Positions 12,000-23,273 of a stretch of 64,000 nucleotides of DNA are shown piece after piece. Position numbers and translations under genes: made by a program. Numbering within the stretch: the stretch's first letter is position 1; each line of letters begins with the position of its first letter. The notes under the pieces are model-generated. The model saw nothing but the letters and a program-made list of their open reading frames with translations. It was not told the origin of the DNA and ran no database searches. This DNA comes from Paraspadella gotoi (Eukaryota > Animalia > Chaetognatha): assembly GCA_051294375.1 (NCBI GenBank), contig CM119270.1:3709010-3773009 (forward strand), given 5' to 3'.

Positions 12000-14900
12000 A
12001 CTTCACAGATATGTGTGGCTAACCCGTTTGAGAGATCCGCATCTTCACACACGAAAGTGAGAGTCGGATCCCGCGCGCCTACAAGGGAGACGGACGTATG
12101 TCAATGGAGAGTAACTTATTAGTCTCGGTCTGTTGTCTGTTCCATTGCGTTCCGGTTGGGTCTACGTGCGTTGTTCAAAATTAAGAGGCCCAGTTCTAGG
12201 GAATAAACGCTGAGAACTGTCTTGTATGTTCTTTGCTGTTTTACCCCACAGTTAGATCTCGAATTCGAAAAAGAATGGTCTTCCCGCCACTATATCCACT
12301 TTGCTACTAACACGTCGCGCACTCAAAAGAAGCCAGCAGCCGTTTTAAAACAAAAATGTCCTTTAAATGGGTGTTTTTCGACGCTTACGCTACCACTCGC
12401 GCCATCCATTAAGTAGTAGTTATTTTGAAAACATATCTTTCGGGAGAACTCCAGCGCCCAATTCTTCAAATGCTTGGACCCTGGATCTTCCAGTTTTCGT
12501 CCAATGGAACCTCGGACCATAGGCTACAGTAACAAAAACGCTTCTGCATATTCTTCTGAATTAACAGCGTTTTCTGATCACATTACGTTGTAAATTATTT
12601 TAATTATAATCTGGGATTCTATTTCCCCTTTGTCAATCGTTTTTGATCCCGTTCCTCTCAGATTCCGAAAGTCTCCAAATTGCCTTTTCCAAACCACTTC
12701 ATTTATTGTAAATCTTCTTCCACAGTAATTTTTTTGGTCCCAGAGTGACTCCCAAAAATTTTACTTTGTCGGACCACTCTCGGGACCGTTGGTGCACCAA
12801 GAGGACTCGAGGTTTCATTATCAGCCCTTCAGATTGAATTTTCGTTAGGCGACTAAAGATCTATAAATTTGACTTGTTGAAAGGCGGCTAATTTTAGGCC
12901 CGGCCATTTGGTGCACCCACTCCTTCTAAAAAATTAATTTAATCTTTTAATTCCGTAGGTTTTGCCATTAGTCAGATTATCTGCGATAGGTCCATTGCTG
13001 CTTGATCATCGGCAAATTTGCAGCTGGCTCTATTTCTGTTGCCCCCTTTCAAATACGTCCGTCTGTGATGAATATTGAAAGGTCTGGGGGGACCAATTAC
13101 CCCTCCTTTGTGGCAGTACCAGTTGTTGAATTTTGAATAGATTTTGCGACTTCCTCCTGCCCTTCGTGGACGGTTATAAATCGGTCACTTAAGAAACTTG
13201 CCTTATGCATCCAAACTTAATTGTGATGTAAGCCCTTTTTTGCTATTTTGTAACGTAAGCCCATTCCACCAGAGATAGATCGATATGCCTAGTTCGATGG
13301 TCAAGAAAAACAACCTACTACACATTTCTTTTCCGAAAACGCCCTGATATTACACCTTCTGTTAATCAAAACAGCATGAGCTCTTGTGGCACCTCCGATT
13401 CCTCTATATATCCACTTTGATAGACGACTTTTCTCATCCCTTCTCTTGTCCAGATCCACTATTAGCCCTTTTTTTTAATAATGTCTCCAAAGGACTTTAC
13501 CTATACATGGAAAGGAGACTTATTGGACGATGATTTTGGATTCTTTTACAATCTTTTCCTTTCTTCGGAAGAGTTATTTAGCCTTCTGCTTCTTTTCACG
13601 CCTGATTAAAGGCCTCTTGCCCAACCATATGTTGAATAATGTCAGAAGTTGAAGTAGGACTGTAGCTGCATTTATTCCGCCTTGGAGGGCATACAAGCTA
13701 AGTGACTCCGCGTCTTCGTGCCTGCAGCCTGACTTACTTTTTACACTCACGTAATACCGCTATTAAATTCTCGCTGACGAAGTCGGGCTGTTCTCACTCT
13801 TCCTGCTCGTTTTTTGCTAGCTGGAAACAAACCTTCCAGACTATTTTAAGCAGTAATCGTCCTATCTCTTTTCCTCCACTATCATCGATCAAAAAGTTTC
13901 ATCCGGGTCGGGATTCGTAAACCTTTTCTCTAGCTTCTCCTGCATGTGTTATCGCTCGTTCTTTAGCCTTACTGCTTGGTGTCCTATTTGCCTCGATCAA
14001 GTGCTCGCGGCAGGGCGATTTCCGAATGTCCTCTATATTTGGCTATTCCTTGTAGTACTATCTCCATTTCTTCTTTTCTCGCCTGTTGTGGTATTTGCCA
14101 TAATGTCTACTTTTTGACTTCCCAATGAAGTTGCCTCGTCATTTCTTAAGGACTTTTCTTAAGTTCCTGGGAACCCTTTATTGATATATCTATTCTTAGC
14201 GACTCATTCGTTTGCTGCGGTCGCTTCTCCTCCTCCAAATTGTGCAGCTTTTCCTTTATCCCCAGAAGATATTGGACTGTTTTGACAGTTTATTGGAACC
14301 TTTAGGTTCTCACACAGTTCTTTCTTTAAGTACTTTCGTCCATAGCGTCTCTATAATTATGTGAGCAAATTCTTTGCCCAATTTTTCTATAGTTTACCGT
14401 TATCGTCTTCCTGGGACGCGTGCGCATGCTAGCCCACAACGACGAGCTTCTCGACTTGCTCTGCGAACTTTTGCACAATCTGTAATTTTTCCCTCTTAGC
14501 TAGCCATTGCTCTCCCCGTTTCCAAAGCCTATCTATCGTAATGCTGTGCGGCAATCCAGTCCTACACATTCGCTCTGTATTAGAGCACCCCGTGTTCCAT
14601 TCACAGCTGTCTCATCCAAGAAGTTCTAATCGTTGCACAGGCTCAAAATCTACAGCAGCGCCTTTTGCCCGTTGCTTGAGAAACTGAAGAAAGTTGTTCT
14701 CCGCCCGTATTTACAGCATTGTAAGTTTATATTTTTCCACGCTGATCTTCCCAACACGTTTCCCTTCTGTATTTGAGTTACCCTCCAAGGCATGCCTCAG
14801 ATTTCGCCATTCATATCCTCCCATTTATTGAGACTTGCGCTATCCTTTTTACCGTCATGTCTTGCATTGATATTTGTTCAAAGTATTTCGTTTGGCGCTT

Positions 14901-15300
14901 TACTGTCTCTGCGGTGTACTGTAAATTGTGGATTATCAACATAATTCCCAGTTTAGCAGTGACTAATTCTTACACCACTAATTGATTCTGCGTTCTGAGT
15001 CTTTTGCTTTTTATACTTCAAGAATGAGATTTAATCCTTTGTGGCGACATAGCATTAATACTCCCCCGGGATTGCCGTTGTGTTTGTTGGAACGGTGGTC
15101 TCTTCTCACTGTGATAAATTACCTAAAAGCGTATTCAATCTTCGTTTTTCAATCTTGCTCAGATGTCGTTAACTTCAACCAACTATTCGTATGTCTGCTG
15201 CAGTAAGTAGCGTAATTGCTTTTCTCTATTAATTAAATTTTCTAAATTTCTAAATCTCCTAGTATGATAGCAGTTTCGTTCACCCTGCAGTATGCGACCT
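12000..15300 (-). pseudogene. LINE ORF2 (APE endonuclease + reverse transcriptase), frameshifted; boundaries approximate
   Basis: ILQ-N-like start at about 15295; RRD..GGVLMLC at about 15100-15040; GDMN-like at about 14820; HRPISLLS-CIGKV at about 13530-13490; VFLD..AYD..WWNGLRYKI at about 13310-13245; LPQ-GVIGP..FNI at about 13115-13070; KFADD (revcomp of ATCATCGGCAAATTT) at 13005-13019. Confidence 0.85.
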
Positions 15301-15899
15301 GCCCTTTATTGTACTGGTCCAAATCTCTTGCAAAACGCTGCTTGCTCTTGACTGTACTGAAGGTATTCGCTGAGGGCTTGCTCAGATTATCTGGTGGTGC
15401 ATCTGTTACTGCTGTACCTGCCACGACCGCGCGGCGTTCCCATGTTGGAGGTGTTTGGCTCTTGGACATTGTCGTTTGTTGTGACTCCCTCGCATATAGG
15501 CTGGAATTGGCTGCAGTTAAGCCCCAGAGTCGCGCATTGGCGCCTGCCACTGTTGGTTCGTTGTCCCCACTGTGCTGGCTGTTAGTTGCTGTAGTTCCCG
15601 GTCTGCTGATTCATTGCATCCGTGGCTTTCTTGTTTGCCTATTTGCCCTTCCAATCGCCTCCCTGTAATGTTGTAGATTGGCTTTGTGAAGCGCGTCCCC
15701 ACTTTGAGCCGAGTTGCTATATCCGCCTGCTTGATTCTCCGTTCGCGTATCGTCCGGAGCATTGATGACATGTGCCGCCAGTCGGCACGCTTCGGGACAT
15801 GAATTGCCTGTAGGGGCTATTTGACACCATGTTGAAAATAACCTCGCGGATCGTTCCTGTTCCTTACCATCCGAATCATTTGTAGGCCTATTTTTAATA

Positions 15900-17300
15900 T
15901 TTTTATTCTTTGTTGCATTCATCCTTCAAGTTTCATACCAAGTCTCCTGTTGGACTTTTTCCGCAATATGTTTCTAGCCAAATTACGTTACTGTAGTTAT
16001 CCCCTAACAGACCCCACAGTTCTAACCATTGAACTCATTCAGAACTTTGCACATTGCCAAGCCACATGGCTTCACAATTCACTATGTCATCGCCTTGTTT
16101 AAGTTACTCGACGCAATGTTTGGCACTTGTCACATTTGCATACTGTCCTCGATGTCCCTGTCGCGTGTTGCCCTGTAGGACTCCATTTCCTAATTTTTCC
16201 CCTTCTCTGTTTCTTTGTCCCATGGTACGGCCCTTGCGTTACTTTTCTTGCTCTTGCATTCAGTTATTCGCGGCCATGTAGCTGCACGCCCTCTATAGGC
16301 TTGCAGAATGTGGGCCTTGACAATTTGCCGCAAGAGATTTCTTCGCTCCTTGCCTTGACAATCCTTAATCCTACGTGATTTTGTCCGCATCAGAACATTT
16401 GTTTTCTGGTTTTCTGACAGTGCAAGCTGAGTGTGTCCGACCTGTTAAACATTTACAGCATTGTGTAATTTGCAACTCTGTTTGAATCTTCGACTTTCAT
16501 GTCATCTTGAAAAGGTATCTGAAAACCCTCCACCTATTAATGCGACCTTTTTCGACTACGATCTTCAGCGTAAACTCACACGCTCCAAGTGGAGTTGTTC
16601 TCTTTGCCGCACCGCTTTTTATCCGCTTTAGCTTCTGAAGCCGTGAGTAGTTTGTCCGTCTCAATTGACTTCTATGATGTCCTCCTCTGCCAATTTCAGC
16701 GGCTCCTTAAGCCCCCGTATGGACGACGCTCTGTCTGTATTCGTATTCGCGTCTGAGAGTTCTGCCGGGAACAAGTGTGTATTCATTAGACTTCCCATAG
16801 TTCCAGTTTCAAGAGACTCATTACAAGTCTTTCGGGTTTCTCCCCGTCAAAGAACAATTTTACTCCCTTTCTGCGTGTATTTTTGAATCCCATCTCAACT
16901 CTAATACGCCACAATTCACGCCGGTCTGTTATACTTTTAATTCATAATCTCGTGTTTAAGATTTTTAGCGACTCCAGAATTAGCGGCTATTTTCAGCCAC
17001 GATAAAGTGACCTTGCCTTACTAGTACAGCCAGTTTCTTGTTAAGAGACTTCCCTTCGAGCATGTGTTAGCTCTGTACTTCGCTCGGCAATCTCCCGACT
17101 TGTTCTTCCTTCCTGGGCTCGAGACTTGGAGCAACGCCTCCCAGTAGCTTCAATTTCTTCCAGCTTCGTCGGTTTCGCTTCGTTTCCCGTTCCTGTACTT
17201 CACCGAGTTTGACTCGTCCACTTTCTGCCCCGACTATGCTCTAGCCCATCCGCGTTTTCAGATCGCTTGCTGGACTCTTGGCGTTTCGACCTGTGACTGT
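15900..17300 (-). pseudogene. LINE ORF1 (gag-like nucleic-acid chaperone), frameshifted; boundaries approximate
   Basis: Read across indels, 16470-16280 gives QITQC-KC--VGHTQ--C...CS-CGQNH--KDC...CANCQGPHSASYRGC (three CCHC knuckles). Upstream lie SVVIRG..LAEEDI..AKRI segments and downstream YANVT. Confidence 0.75.
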
Positions 17301-18459
17301 AGTTATAAATTGGCGTCTTTGCCGATTTGTTTCTGCACTAAACTTTCTTACGTAAAACTGTGCCTTTTCTCCCACTATACCTTTAATTTCTCCAATTTCA
17401 TTCGCTATCGAAGACCTTTAACAAAGTTTTACAAAGTACGCTTTCTTGATTTAAGTTGGCACTGCTCCTTTATTCCGATTTCAGGTCGCGACTGGTTTTT
17501 CTGCTGTGTGTTTGACATTGTAACACTAGATCTAAATGTAGATATAGCTAGTATAATTCGCGACTAGTTAGTAATAAGTGCTAACATCGTGAGAGGTTAA
17601 CTCGCAGACCCCTTGTTTCGTAAAATTTTCCAAGTCCGAGCATGATTTTTTAAAAAACAAATTATTCAGAGGATCGACTCATACGTCTGGTTGTTCCGGT
17701 CGGCAGGTTAGACTATTTTGTAATATTTAATATTAATTAAAAAGGAAAGAGATCGAGACTGAGAGAGAGAGAGAGAGAGAGAAAGAAAGAGAGAAAGAGA
17801 AAGAGATAGAGAGAGAAAGAGAGAGAGAAAGATATTCACATGTGCTAGGCGAAACAACATATAAATCTTTTATTCATAAAAGCTTAAATATTTCGTACAT
17901 TTTGTAAACTGTATCTTTAATACGTGACTTGAGTATAAATTCGTGATGGCGCGTAAAAGTTTAATGATTTAAAAGTAACAGAACGTTGAAGCGAGAAGAG
18001 TGAAAAAAAAGCGCTCTCAATATTTGATTTGTTAAATGGCAAAATGGCTAATGTTGCATTTGTAGGTTTTTCATGTCAAATGATGTTATTTTTTATTTAA
18101 TGGAAAGAATCAGTAATTAGGAAGTAATAAAACTGAAAACTGAATGTTCCGCAGACAACAAATTTCTGACAACAAATTTGCTGACAATACGATTTAATGC
18201 TGACAACAGAAAATAGACGGCAAATATCTCAGCCGATAGGTAAAAGAATGTCTTTCCCGATGTTATGTTTTATTAAAAAAGGAAATAATGATAATTCTCA
18301 TGTCAATTATCGGGTTTTTTCCTGACACAATACTAAAACGAAGACTATCCTACGATTTTTTTATGACCTAACGTTTTCTAAGAATATCATAAAAAAAATA
18401 TTACGCGAAGGTTTACTTGCGACATTCAATCGCTTTTTCGAGAGAGAATCTTTAAAAAG

Positions 18460-18515
<56 letters not shown>

Positions 18516-18733
18516 ATGTTTCCTCCGATGTTCTGGCAATTTTCTCTCGAAATATCATCTCCATAAACTTGAGCCTGTGACTCCGCGGGTGGGAGGATTT
18601 TGGGGACTCGTGGTAGGAATAATAGGGGGTCTCGTGGTAGAAAGGAAAGGAGATCTCGTGGTGAGGAGGAAGAAATGAGGTAAGTTCGTCAGAGGAAAAG
18701 AGACGAAGGTTTGAGAGGAATAGAGGAAACCAA

Positions 18734-19096
18734 CGGGGCCCTCTTTTCCAAAATCGACCCGTTTCAACTTAAATTTTTTTAATTAATTAACGTCAGGAAT
18801 GAAAAGTTTGTTGAGGATTTAAATTATGGATTAGGTTTATGGATTAGGTTAAATTATATTAAATTAAATTAATTTTTTTGATTAATTAACGTTAGTTGGT
18901 TGAAGATTTAAATTATGAATTAGGTTTATGGATTAGGTTAAATTAAATTTAATTAAATTAGATTAAATTTAATTATGGATTAGGTTAGGATAAAGAATAT
19001 GGATTAGGGATTTTATTAAACTTACGAAAAAGTTTAGTGCTATATATTAAAATTTGGAATTTAGGGTAAATGGGGCGCTCTCGGAAAATAGTGCCG
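18734..19096. mobile_element. MITE with CGG...CCG termini and internal TTAGG(G)-like repeats, copy 1
   Basis: Left CGGGGCCCTCTTTTCCAAAATCGACCCGTTTC vs revcomp of right CGGCACTATTTTCCGAGAGCGCCCCATTT; internal GGATTAGGTT repeats. Confidence 0.65.
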
Positions 19097-19784
19097 TTCT
19101 TAAGAAGTGGTTACCTAACGCGTAGTAGTTTCCAGTTTCCACTCAATAAAACGTAAAAAGAATCGATTAATTTTTATGTTTTTTTATAATGAATTTAGTG
19201 ATAAGGACGCGCGCGGATTCTCGGTTCACCCAGGATAAAATCTGGCGCAAAACGACGATCCCCCTTATCTCTCTCTGTCTCTCTCTCTCTCTTTCTCTCT
19301 TTCNNNNNNNNNNNNNNNNNNNNNNNNNNNNNNNNNNNNNNNNNNNNNNNNNNNNNNNNNNNNNNNNNNNNNNNNNNNNNNNNNNNNNNNNNNNNNNNNN
19401 NNNNNNNNNNNNNNNNNNNNNNNNNNNNNNNNNNNNNNNNNNNNNNNNNNNNNNNNNNNNNNNNNNNNNNNNNNNNNNNNNNNNNNNNNNNNNNNNNNNN
19501 NNNNNNNNNNNNNNNNNNNNNNNNNNNNNNNNNNNNNNNNNNNNNNNNNNNNNNNNNNNNNCTCTCTCTCTCTCTCTCTCTGTTATTCCACGAGGAAATC
19601 GGGCGAGAAATGAAAGCATCGGAAAACGCGAACCCAAAATATGCAAATGTCGTTAAGCGGTTGTTTTGACGACAACTGATGACATTGTTTTTGTAAACGG
19701 GTATAACGAGCGAATATTTGAAAACGGGTTCATTTTTTTTATATTTTCGTTACGTTTTATCCTTAAATATGTTTTAATATCCTG

Positions 19785-19925
19785 ATAAACTAGACTCAGA
19801 GAATCTTGATTGAAAGCTTGCAGGGTCTCGCTATGTTATCATCTTGTAAGAGGGATAGACACCGAAACCCACCATAGCCTGTTAAAAGTTCAGGGATAGA
19901 TAGCATGTATGTTAATTTTCATAAT
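19785..19925 (+). repeat. Dispersed repeat, copy B
   Basis: ATCTTGATTGAAAGCTTGCAGGGTCTCGCTATGTTATCATCTTGTAAGAG...GCCTGTTAAAAGTTCAGGGATAG matches copy A. Confidence 0.75.
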
Positions 19926-20028
19926 ATTTATACTTCAGATCTTTTTTTCTGGCTCTACTTTTTTTTTGTTCCCGTTCCGTTTTTTTTTTCTACTCACGTT
20001 TTTCTAATCCCCTCCCTAAAAATACATC

Positions 20029-20029
<1 letters not shown>

Positions 20030-20101
<72 letters not shown>

Positions 20102-21350
20102 TCACTTCTCGGTGTCTCCTTGTCTATCTTTCCCCTCCTCTCCCCCTCTTCTTATCTCCTCCTCCTTCCCCTCTCTCCTTTCCCATAATCCCTCCCCCTT
20201 CTACTTTCCTTATCTCGTTCCAGAGGCATTCAAATTGTGTCATCGTCTCTCGACGCGACTTATTTTTCATCCAAACACTTTGCTGCGATTCTGCCTCTTC
20301 CTCCTCCTCCTCTTCTTCCTCTTCCTCTTCCTCCTCCTCCTTTCTCTTTCCAGTTTTCCTTCTTTCCTTTTTTTTACCCTTTCCTCCCATTCACTTACTC
20401 TCTTTCTACTTCCTTTTTCTACTTTTTCTTTATCTAATTTTTTCACTATTGGTTCCTATATTTTTTACTCTCCTTTCCTTTCCTCTGCTCCTTTCCTTTC
20501 TTCTCTTTTGCCTCTCCTTTCCGTTTCTTTCTTTTCCTCTCCTTTCATTTTCTTTTATTTCTTTTCATTTTCTCTTTTTTCCTCCCCTCTCCTCTACTTT
20601 CCTTTCCTTTCCTTTCCTGTTACCTTTTCCTTTCCTTTCCTTTCCTTATCCTTTCCTTTCCTTTCCGTTTCCTTTTCTTTTCTCTCTCTCTCTTCCTCTT
20701 CCTCTCCTTCTCTCTCCTCTTCTTCCTTTCCTTTCCTTTCCTTTCCTTTCCTTTTCTTTTACTTTTCTTTCCTTTCTTTTCCTTTTTTTTCTTTCCTTTC
20801 CTTTCTTATTCTTTCCGTTCCTTTTCTTTCCTCTTTTTCCTTTCCTTTTTCCGTCACTTTTCTCCGCTCTCCTTCTTTCTCTTCTTCCGCTACTGACTGA
20901 CGAAAATGTCCCAGTCCGAATAACAACAACGACGACAACAACGACGACGACAAGATGGCGTCGTCTGACGTCGATATTCACTTCTTCAGACACAAACAAA
21001 AACCGCATCGACCGCGGGAGTCGCTTAACAGCGTCGCCCCCCCTATTCACCTCCTTTTTTAACCTCTCCATCTTCTCACCAGATCTCCCCTCTCTCTCCC
21101 CCTTTCCCCTCCCTCCCTCTTTCTCTTCCTCCTTCCTCACTCTCTTCCTCTCTTTCTTTCTTCTCCCTTCCTCTCTTCCTCCCTATCTTTCTCCTCCCTC
21201 CCTCTCTTCCTCCCTCTCTTTCTCTTCCCTCCCTCTCTCTCTTCCTCCCTCTCTTCTTCCCTCTCTTCATCCATCTCTTCCTCCATCACTTCCTCCTCCT
21301 TCCCTTTCTCTCTTCCTCCCTCTCTTCCTCCTCCCTCCCTCTCTCTCTTC
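20030..21350. repeat. ~1.3-kb polypyrimidine low-complexity tract
   Basis: (CT)n, (CTTTC)n and (CCT)n with few purines; source of spurious Phe/Ser/Leu ORFs. Confidence 0.9.
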
Positions 21351-21992
21351 CCCGCCGCTCGTAGAAAAGAAGGCATCCCATTCCAGAATTCTGTTTAGCT
21401 TCTTTATCTTTTCGGGAGGAGAGAGAGAGAGAGAGAAGAGAGAGAGGAGATGGAGAAGGAGAGATGAGATGCTCGAGACAGAGAGAGAGAGGAAGGAGAG
21501 AGAGAGAGAGAGAGAGAGAGTCAGTGGAGGGAATTAAAAGAGGCGATTCCAGGCGTTCGCTTTCGCGGCCGTCGGACGTTCGTCTTCCGCAAAACAAAAA
21601 CGAAAAACATTTTTGTTTTTCAAGAAGAAAAACAATTTTTTTTCTTTCTTTTTTTTCTTTCTTTTTTTTTTTTAAGGACAACACCACGAATTTTTTTCTT
21701 ATCAAAGAAAAGACTTTCGTTTTTTTATCCTTTCTCTTTCATGTGAAACTTGACGCTCCTTGTCGTTATTGTCGTCGTCGTCGTCGTCATCGTCATAATC
21801 GTCGTCGTCATCGTCATAATCGTCGTCGTCGTCAGCATCGTCGTCGTCGTCGTCGTGGTTTAACGATACCATTGACTGAGTTCGCGTTGGGGTTGAAAAC
21901 TGTCTCTCGAAGAGACGAGGTCGGAGCTGAAGTCGGAGAACAAGTCGGAGTCACAGTAAGATTCAAAGTAGGAGTCGGAGTCGCAGGAGTCT

Positions 21993-22220
21993 GGGCCGCA
22001 GTGGCTCATGTAAGAAAGCCGCCAGCTTAAGGCCACTGGGTTCTCGGTTCAAGGTTGTTTACGGCCGCTCTTTCACGCTACCCTCGTAGCACCGGCTTCG
22101 GATTGGATCGGTTTACTCAATGAGCCAAGCGATTGTAGAAAATTTGGTCAATACCGGCGAGTATGAGAATTCGAGATCGGCCGGTGAACTTGCTTTAACA
22201 TGGGTCCTTATTTTGTGCCT
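21993..22220 (+). mobile_element. Putative tRNA-derived SINE
   Basis: Head GGGCCGCAGTGGCTCA (A-box-like) and GGTTCAA (B-box-like, about 22046-22052) at tRNA-like spacing, followed by a non-tRNA body. No TSD recognised. Confidence 0.45.
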
Positions 22221-22499
22221 CTCCAAATCACGAGACATGAGAAAATCACGAATAAATCCAGAAAATCTTAGATAAATTTTAAACGATCATTTAAGAAATT
22301 TTAAACAATTAATGGAGACTTTTACAATTTTAACTTCCCTTGCGATGAAATCTCACAAATCACGAAATCCCGGATGAAGGATCGAGTGAAAAAAACCTTC
22401 ACGAATCCGCGTCACTGAATGTGTGAACGAGACGAAGTGATCCTCTCGTTAGCGTCTGACAATCTGAGAGATCTAGTTGACGTTTCTCTTCACCGTTGG

Positions 22500-22528
22500 A
22501 GGCGGCGGCGGAGGACGCCGCGGAGGAC

Positions 22529-22595
<67 letters not shown>

Positions 22596-22596
22596 A
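22500..22596. repeat. (GGC)n trinucleotide repeat
   Basis: Long GGC run. Confidence 0.95.
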
Positions 22597-23075
22597 ATTT
22601 CCTTCTTCTCATTTATGTTTTTTCGTGTCTCTGCCCGCTTGCCACGCCCACCAGGATGTAAAGTCACCGCTCACATCTCGGTGATACCTTACCACGAACT
22701 TCCCGAATCGCCCACCATAAATCACACCTCTGCCTTTCTACCCTCCATTCCCCACATCCTACGTACCACGATTCCATCAAATCTTTCATACTTCGATCAC
22801 TTTCGGTTCCATTCGTCGCCTCATTAGCGTCGTCACGTGTTTCCGGTTTCACACAATTATTTCACAGTCTCACAATCACGCAGTGAAGAATTGCCCAGAC
22901 AAAAAGAATCACAGAATAATTGGTTAACAGAATCACGCATTCACCAACAGAATAATATAGTCATGAGTTCGAATTGGAAAGAAAATCTCGAACAGAACAA
23001 ACAATTCTGCAATTAATTAACCGACTGTTGTTGTACAGTTGTACACTCGAGCGACTGCATCTCGTTTTCATCGTT

Positions 23076-23170
23076 ACAGCGCATCCCAAAATCGTGGTCG
23101 CATCATAACAGCACATGCCAACATCATGGTCGCATCATTAGAGCGGATCCCAACATCATGGTCGCATCTT
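23076..23170 (+). repeat. ~32-bp tandem repeat x3 (..GCGCATCCCAACATCATGGTCGCATC..)
   Basis: Three successive ATC(G/A)TGGTCGCATC cores. Confidence 0.75.
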
Positions 23171-23208
23171 TTCCGAGAACTAAGCAAACGCTTTTTTTGT
23201 TTTGGCAG

Positions 23209-23209
23209 A

Positions 23210-23273
<64 letters not shown>
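23209..23273. repeat. (GAC)n trinucleotide repeat
   Basis: Pure GAC run. Confidence 0.95.

Larger units (their letters stand above)
11948..17715 (-). mobile_element. Non-LTR retrotransposon (LINE, Jockey/I-group-like), near full length, heavily frameshifted
   Basis: Minus-strand motifs in the expected order: 5' TAGTC...AGACGT (Inr/DPE-like, 17715-17683); ORF1 with three zinc knuckles; APE motifs; RT motifs; post-RT region. Loosely similar AT-rich flanks (TTTTGATTAATTTAATTAATT at about 11927-11947 vs TTTTGTAATATTTAATATTAATT from 17716) may be a TSD. Confidence 0.85.

Noticed and set aside
15930-16150. Possible PHD finger downstream of the LINE zinc knuckles (CDKC..CE.. in one frame)
   Set aside because: An alternative frame gives YANVT followed by a hydrophobic stretch typical of ORF1 C-termini, and the Cys spacing for a PHD is not recoverable.
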